From Eledone cirrhosa (taxonomy: Eukaryota): a DNA stretch of 64,000 bases. Below, one piece after another: positions 56,281-64,000 of the stretch. How positions within the stretch are numbered: the first letter of the stretch is position 1; the number at the start of each line of letters is the position of its first letter. The notes below the pieces were generated by a model. It did not search any database and had not been told where the DNA came from. It saw only the letters and a program-made list of their open reading frames with translations. A program made the translations under genes and the position numbers. The stretch lies in NCBI GenBank assembly GCA_964016885.1, contig OZ024741.1, positions 363,134,001 through 363,198,000 on the forward strand, read 5' to 3'.

Positions 56281-56735
56281 CATATAAATATATATATGTA
56301 TGTATATATATATATGTATGTATATATATATATATGTATGTCCCCGTCCCACCACCCCCATCCCATCCACACCGCCCCTTTCAATGTAAAGTTATGTTGG
56401 TGCCACAACATCCAGGCCGAAACAAATGAGATCGTGTAGGTGTCACGACAAAAAAACACACAGTCCACGCTGTAATGTGGCCGTGTAGGCAACACGGTAA
56501 AAACCTCCCAGTCCCACACTGTAAATGTGGTTGGTGTTAGGAAGGGCATCCAGCTGTAGAAAACCCGCCAGACGGTCCTATGCGAGCAAGACAACCACTC
56601 TTGCCTCAAGTGGGAAAACTCCCGTCCAAACCAATGCAAGCATGGAACATGGACGTTAAACGATGATGATGATGATATATATATGTATGTATATATATAT
56701 ATATATGTATGTATATAAATATATATATATATATG

Positions 56736-56802
<67 letters not shown>

Positions 56803-57868
56803 AAATCCATAATACAATTAATTAATAATTATAACCTTAAGTTAGAAATAGAGAATAACTATAAAATAGTTAACTTTTTAGACGTAACATTAAACCTTAG
56901 CACAGGGCTCTACTATCCATTCCATAAACTCTGGTAATAAAAAAAAAAAAATTTGATGATAAGGCTGAATACTATAATGAAGCTTTAAATAGAGCAGGGT
57001 ATTCGAATAAAATTAAATACATTGACAACAATAATAAGGCAAATCACCCTAGTATTAATTACAATAATAATAAACAATTTAACTTAAACTCTAAAACAAA
57101 CAAAAGAACTAGATCTAGAAATATTATTTGGTACCCCCCCCCAATTCTCATTAAGCGTTAAAACACCTTTAGCAAAGCTATTTTTTAAAGCACTAGACAA
57201 ATGTTTTCCTAAAGCCCACAGATACCACTCAATCTTTAACACATACTATAAAACTGATGCGCATGAAAGACGACTGCTGTATAAAAAAGTGCAGGGAAAT
57301 AAAGATAGACGGTAGCCACGGAGTAGGCAGACCCAGAAAAACCTGGGACGACCTGATAAACTCCGACCTCACACATTTACAACTCTCCAAGACAATGTCA
57401 CTGGACCGAGATCTTTGGCGGCACTCAGTAATAGAGAAGACCCGCCTTACCTAAATACAAAGTAAAACCTACTACAGTCAGTAGGCATCTCTAACAAAAT
57501 ACACCCCCGTCCCACCAACCCAACCCCATCCACACCGCCCCTTTCAATGTAAAGTTATGTTGGTGCTACAACATCCAGGCCGAAACAAATGAGATCGTGT
57601 AGGTGTCACGACAAAAAAACACACAGTCCACGCTGTAATGTGGCCGTGTAGGCAACACGGTAAAAACCTCCCAGCCCCACACTGTAAATGTGGTTGGTGT
57701 TAGGAAGGGCATCCAGCTGTAGAAAACCCGCCAGACAGTCCTATGCGAGCAAGACAACCACTCTGGCCTCAAGTGGGAAAACTCCCGTCCAAACCCATGC
57801 AAGCGTGGAACATGGACGTTAAACGATGATGATGATGATATATGTATGTATATATATATATATATGTA

Positions 57869-57981
<113 letters not shown>

Positions 57982-58168
57982 GTATGTATATAAATATATA
58001 TATATGTATGTATATATATATATGTATGTATATAAATATATATATATGTATGTATATATATATATGTATGTATATAAATATATATATATGTATGTATATA
58101 TATATATATGTATGTATATAAATATATATATATGTATGTATATATATATATATATGTATGTACGTATG

Positions 58169-58285
<117 letters not shown>

Positions 58286-58546
58286 ATAAATATATATATA
58301 TATATATATATGTATGTATATATATATATATATGTGTGTATATAAATATATATATATATATATATATGTATGTATATATATATATATATATATGTGTGTA
58401 TATAAATATATATATATATATATATATGTATGTATATATATATATATATATATGTATGTATATAAATATATATATATATATATATATGTATGTATATATA
58501 TATATATATGTATGTATATAAATATATATATATATATATATGTATG

Positions 58547-58585
<39 letters not shown>

Positions 58586-58666
58586 GTATGTATATATATA
58601 TATATATATGTATGTATATAAATATATATATATATGTATATATATATATATGTATGTATATATATA

Positions 58667-61600
58667 TCATCATCATCATCATCATTTTACGTCCGCTTTT
58701 CCCTGCTTGCAAGGGTGGGACGGGTCTTATTCAGCACAGCATCTCTCCACTCGTCACGGTCCCTCGTCATCTCCACCGTGAGCTTCAATGATCTGAGGTC
58801 TGTTCTCACCACCTCTGCCCATGTTTTTCGTGGTCTACCTCTACCACGTCTTCCTTCAACTGGCATTTCCTGGCACTTCTTTACCCATCGGTCATCCTCC
58901 ATGCGCATCACATGTCCATACCACCTCAGTCTCCTCTCCCGTACATTACATTCTATCCCTCTCAGACACAGTTTCTCTCTCAACACATTTATGCTGGGTC
59001 GTTCACGCACATTTACACTGCACATCCAACGGAGCATGCTTTCCTCATTTCTCTCCAGCCGTTGCATATCCTCTGCGGTTGCTGCCCATGTCTCACTACC
59101 ATGCAGCATCGCGCTCCTCACACAGGCATCATACAACTGGCCTTTCGTACGCAGGGAGAAACCCTTCTTCGTCAACAGAGGAAGCAGCTCCCTAAACTTC
59201 TTCCAACCCGTCCTTATTCTAGATACTATGGCCTCGGAACACCCTCCTCCCATGCTAATCTGATCTCCTAGGTACCGGAAGCTATCCACCACTTCTATAG
59301 CGCCGTCTCGCATTTGAAAAATGTGTCTATCAGTGCGACTTCTGTCTAATTTCCCTGTACATCTACTGCATACATATTTCTCCCTACCTGTTAGTTTGCC
59401 TGCTATCCCGCTACATCTCTTGTGTACCCAGGACCTGCATTGTGTTCATTTTATAGAATTTATGCCAGTTCCTTTTCTGCATATCGAACATGGCCATTTC
59501 CCTGACGGAATCAGGGTTTTGTCCTCTTTTCTACTCATCAACACTTTTGTCTTAGCTAGATTTACTCTCAGTCCTCTTGCTTCCAACTGCTGTTTCCATA
59601 GCCGGAATTTATTCTCTAGCTCCTCTACTGATTCTGCTATAAGAGCCAGATCGTCAGCATAGAGAAGTTCCCATGGACAGCTAGTCTTAAACTCCTCTGT
59701 TATGGCTTGGAGGACTATAATGAACAAGAGCGGGCTGAGGACCGAACCCTGATGTACTCCTACTTGTATCTGGAATTCCTCACTAAACTCCATTCCTACC
59801 CTGACTTTACTGAGAGTACCTCTGTACAAAGTTTGCACTGTCCTCACAAGCCATTCCTCAACACCTAGCTTCCTTAGGGACCACCAGATGACAGATCGGG
59901 GTACCCTATCAAAGGCCTTCTCTAGGTCAACAAAGGCTAAGTATAGTGGCTTATTCTTCTCTAAGAACCTCTCTTGCATTTGTCTCACCAAGAAGAGGGC
60001 ATCTGTTGTACTCTTCCCAGGCACAAAACCAAACTGCATCTCATCTAGTTTGACCCTTTCTCTAATTAGTTGTGCTAAAATCCTTTCTGCCACTTTCATA
60101 ACCTGATCTATCAGTTTTATACCCCTATAATTGCTCCTCTCCAAAGCATCCCCTTTACCTTTGTAGCAATTTATGAGAATACTGCTGCACCAGTCTTTGG
60201 GTATGACACCACCATATATAGCCTGATTGATGATGCGTGCAACCAGTTTAGTGCCTACGTCCCCTGATGCCTTCAGCATCTCAGCAACTATTCCCGATGG
60301 TCCGGCCGCCTTACCATTTTTCATTTCCCTAATCGCCTCTTGGACCCTATATTCGTCAATCTCAATAGCTGGTCCCTCTGTCGGATCTACCAAGGGTAAT
60401 TTCTCTCTCTCCCATTCGTTCTCCACATTCATCAGTCTCTCATAATGACATTTCCAGGCCTCCTTTTTCTGGTCATTCGTGACACTAAGTACACCGGCAT
60501 CATCCCGGACACATTTATCTCCAACAACATCCTGATTTGCATTGACACACTGCCTTGCAATGTGGAACACCGCACGCCTCTGATCTTCCCGTCACAGAAC
60601 ATTGGCAAACCTCCTACTCTCTGCCTCCCTGCGTGCTAAGTACACCTGACGTCTAGCTTCTCTCTTAGTGGCTGTATATCCTTCCCTACTCCCACCCTTT
60701 TTCCAAGCCTTCCATGTTAGTCTTTTGTCTCTAATAGCCTTATCTACTGTACTGTTCCACCACCAGGTCACTCTCTGTCTGGTTGGAGCTCTGCTCCAGC
60801 CACAGGTTTCATCAGTAGTCTGCAGCAAGTTGTCACGTAAGAACTTCCAGTTATTATCTATGTCATACGTCTCTAAATCGTCTTCTTTTTCGTCATATAC
60901 ATCTTGAAGGGCTTTCCTAAATTTGTATTTTAGTGAAAGGTCTTTTAGCTTCCAGACCTTTCTTCTCCACACCTTCCTATATGTCTCATTCCATCTCTTG
61001 CTTACTGAGATATCACTAACAACTAACCTATGCTGTGGGGTACATTCTTCCCCAGGGTATGCCTTGGTATTAGACACTATCTGCCTGTCCCGCTGCCTAA
61101 CTAGCAGGAAGTCAATCTGGCTTATGTGCTCACCAAATTTGTAGGTTATTAGGTGATTGGCAGGTTTCTGGAAGTTTGTGTTGCAAATAGTCAATGTACT
61201 CGCATCACAAAATTCAAGAAGTCTCACTCCTTCTTCATTTCTTGAACCGTAACCGTGCCCACCATGTACCCCAGTGTAACCATCCTGGAGCTGTCCAACA
61301 TGACCATTGAAGTCTCCTGCTAGCATAACGATGTCTCCGTCCTCTGTCATTGTGGTTGTTTGCAAAAGTTGCTCATAAAAGCAGTCTTTCTCATCTTTGC
61401 CTAGGCCTGCTTGGGGAGCATAGACCGAGATGATTGTCAGTAGTCTCCTACCTACAACTAATCTAAGCTTAATTATTCGATTACTAACTCAAACTACCTC
61501 TATTGTCTTATTGATCCATTTCTCAGCCAGGAAAATGCCTACTCCCCCTAACCCATCATCCTTACCTACCCAGAATAGCTTATAGCTAAGACGCTTGCCT

Positions 61601-62020
61601 ACGACTAGTCTCGCAGAGGCACCTCTCCATCTCACCTCTTGCACGCAGCACACATCCACCTGCCTTCTCTCCAGCATCTCCGCTATTTCAGCAGATCTAC
61701 CTCTGAGAGTGCCAACATTAAGTGTTGCAACTCTGAGATGCGACGTCTTCATATTTTCCTATGCTGTTTTGTTGCTGTGCTGATAAGCTTTTTGGCATTG
61801 ATACACTGGTTAGATGCCCTTCCTAACACCAGCGCCACTTTACAGCATGGACTGGGTGCTTTTATTTGTGCCACCAGCACTAGAGAGGATGTCTTACTAG
61901 ACTCAAGGGCCCTCTCTACCCCTCCATTTTACAGCATGGTCATAAAAAAAAAAAAAAAAAAATTATTGACATGACGCACACACAAACACTCACACACCAA
62001 TACTCATGCATACAAACCAT
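58667..62020 (-). mobile_element. Full-length RTE-B, copy 2 (ORF 58687-61752; in-frame TGA at 61489, 60592 and 59446)
   Basis: Near-identical to copy 1. Shares two stops and differs at the third. Confidence 0.95.
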
Positions 62021-62154
62021 ATATATGTATATATATATATATGTATGTATATAAATATATATGTATGTATATATATATATGTATGTATATATATATATAT
62101 GTATGTATATAAATATATATATATATATGTATGTATATATATATATATGTATGT

Positions 62155-62185
<31 letters not shown>

Positions 62186-62454
62186 TATGGTTTGTATGCA
62201 TGAGTATTGGTGTGTGAGTGTTTGTGTGTGCGTCATGTCAATAATTTTTTTTTTTTTTTTTTTATGACCATGCTGTAAAATGGAGGGGTAGAGAGGGCCC
62301 TTGAGTCTAGTAAGACATCCTCTCTAGTGCTGGTGGCACAAATAAAAGCACCCAGTCCATGCTGTAAAGTGGCGCTGGTGTTAGGAAGGGCATCTAACCA
62401 GTGTATCAATGCCAAAAAGCTTATCAGCACAGCAACAAAACAGCATAGGAAAAT

Positions 62455-64000
62455 ATGAAGACGTCGCATCTCAGAGTTGCAACACTTAATGTTGGCACTC
62501 TCAGAGGTAGATCTGCTGAAATAGCTAGAGTCCTTGTAGGAAAAAGCCAGTGCTACAAATTTTTCTGGGTGGGAAATGACGATGGGATGGGTGGTGTAGG
62601 TATACTATTAGCTGACAAGTGGGTAGATAAAGTAATCTCAGTGTACAGGGTAAATGCAAGAATCATTAAACTCAGACTAGTCCTGAATAAGACAATTACC
62701 ACAATAATATCAGCTTACGCACCCCAATCGGGGCTGCCAGACGAACTTAAGGATAGGTTTTACGAGTCCCTAATACACACTACTGCTCTAACAGACGACA
62801 AGGACTTCCTAATCATTGCAGGAGATTTTAACGGACACGTAGGTAAACACTGCGACGGCTTCAATAGAGTACATGGAGGCCATGGAGTTGGCACAAGGAA
62901 TGAGGAAGGATTCAGACTTCTAGAATTCTGCGACGCCAATGACATGTCGATATGTAACACAAACTTTAAAAAACCCGACAACCACCTGATCACCTATAGA
63001 TCAGGGGAGCACTCTAGTCAGTTAGATTTTATCCTCATCAGAGGACGTGACAGATGGACGGTCGTAAACACAAAAGCCTTCCCTAGTGAGGAATGTACAT
63101 CCCAACATAGCTTAGTTGTCAGCGACCTCACGGTCAGAACTAGACGAGCCCTGAAACAGAGGCCAACCTGGAGAAGAAAGATCTGGAAGCTGAAAGTCCC
63201 CTCAACCAGTAACAGATTTAAAGATATTTTACTCAACGCCTACGACAGTAAAGAAGAACAGATAGAGACATTTAACGTAGAAGAGAACTGGGAGTTCCTA
63301 AAAAATAACTTACTAGAGGGGACGGATGAGGTTTGTGGCTGGAGTAAGACCTCAAGCAGGAGGAGAGTGACTTGGTGGTGGAACAATAAGGTAGATGAAG
63401 CAGTCAAGGCCAAGAGACAGGCATGGAAAGAATGGAAGAACGGGGGGAGCAGGGTACATTACATAGAGACCAAGAGGGAAGCTAGGCGACAAGTATACTT
63501 AGCTAGGAGGGAAGCAGAGGATAGAAAATTCAAGCATGTTTTACAACGTGAGGACCAGAAACAGGAGGTATTCAAGATTGCGAGGCAGTGTGTCAGAGAT
63601 AGTTGTGATGTCATTGGAGAGAAGTGTATCCGGAATGATAAAGGTGAGCTTGCCCTCACAAGTGCTGAGAAGAAAGATGCATGGAAGAGTCATTATGATA
63701 GATTACTAAATGAGGAGAATGCATGGGAAGAAGAGACCCTACCCCACGTAGACCCTATAGAGGGACCAGCAGTACAAGTCAGCGGCAGCGTAGTAAGTAA
63801 GGCAATCAGAGATATGAAGATAGGGAAGGCAACCGGTCCATCGGGTATAGCTGCCGAGATGCTGAAGGCATCTGGGTCTGTAGGTCACACTATAACCACA
63901 CGTATCGTTAACCAGGTAATACTAGAGGGGGCCATACCAAAAGATTGGTGCAGTAGCATCATTGTCAACTGCTACAAAGGTAAAGGCGATGCACTAGATA
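62455..64000 (+). CDS. Chimeric RTE ORF: 24 codons of RTE-B fused in frame to a family-D EN/RT region, open to the window end
   Basis: MKTSHLRVATLNVGTLRGRSAEIA|RVLVGKSQCYKFFWVGNDDG...SAYAPQ...GDFNGH...QLDFIL...NCYKGKGDALD with no stop found. Confidence 0.88.
   Translation, partial: MKTSHLRVATLNVGTLRGRSAEIARVLVGKSQCYKFFWVGNDDGMGGVGILLADKWVDKVISVYRVNARIIKLRLVLNKTITTIISAYAPQSGLPDELKDRFYESLIHTTALTDDKDFLIIAGDFNGHVGKHCDGFNRVHGGHGVGTRNEEGFRLLEFCDANDMSICNTNFKKPDNHLITYRSGEHSSQLDFILIRGRDRWTVVNTKAFPSEECTSQHSLVVSDLTVRTRRALKQRPTWRRKIWKLKVPSTSNRFKDILLNAYDSKEEQIETFNVEENWEFLKNNLLEGTDEVCGWSKTSSRRRVTWWWNNKVDEAVKAKRQAWKEWKNGGSRVHYIETKREARRQVYLARREAEDRKFKHVLQREDQKQEVFKIARQCVRDSCDVIGEKCIRNDKGELALTSAEKKDAWKSHYDRLLNEENAWEEETLPHVDPIEGPAVQVSGSVVSKAIRDMKIGKATGPSGIAAEMLKASGSVGHTITTRIVNQVILEGAIPKDWCSSIIVNCYKGKGDALD

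Overview
Eukaryotic, AT-rich animal DNA. The repeat families look like those of a cephalopod (Octopus-type); this is inference only. Positions 1-18 kb hold a complete 4-exon ERG28 (C14orf1) orthologue on the minus strand and the first coding exon of a THAP zinc-finger gene on the plus strand, among old SINEs, MITEs and decayed LINEs. From about 19.5 kb to the window end is a dense nest of retroelements, almost all inserted into (TA)n/(TATG)n microsatellite. The nest contains at least four related RTE-clade LINE families (called A, B, C and D here; APE endonuclease plus RT, with a PHD-like finger inside the RT of A and B and (ATG)n tails on A, B and C), a CR1-type fragment, Penelope-like fragments with hammerhead ribozymes, and a tRNA-derived SINE carrying the RTE-B 3' end. 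It has been amplified by ~2 kb and ~9 kb tandem duplications. The most notable observations are: (i) a covarying tandem-pseudoknot RNA module found in the 3' UTR of families A and C, the 5' UTR of family B and the SINE body; (ii) an in-frame chimeric LINE at 62.2-64 kb, built by inverted copying of its neighbour's 5' end; (iii) several hammerhead ribozymes; (iv) a near-intact full-length RTE. The long YIYI... ORFs are microsatellite artefacts.
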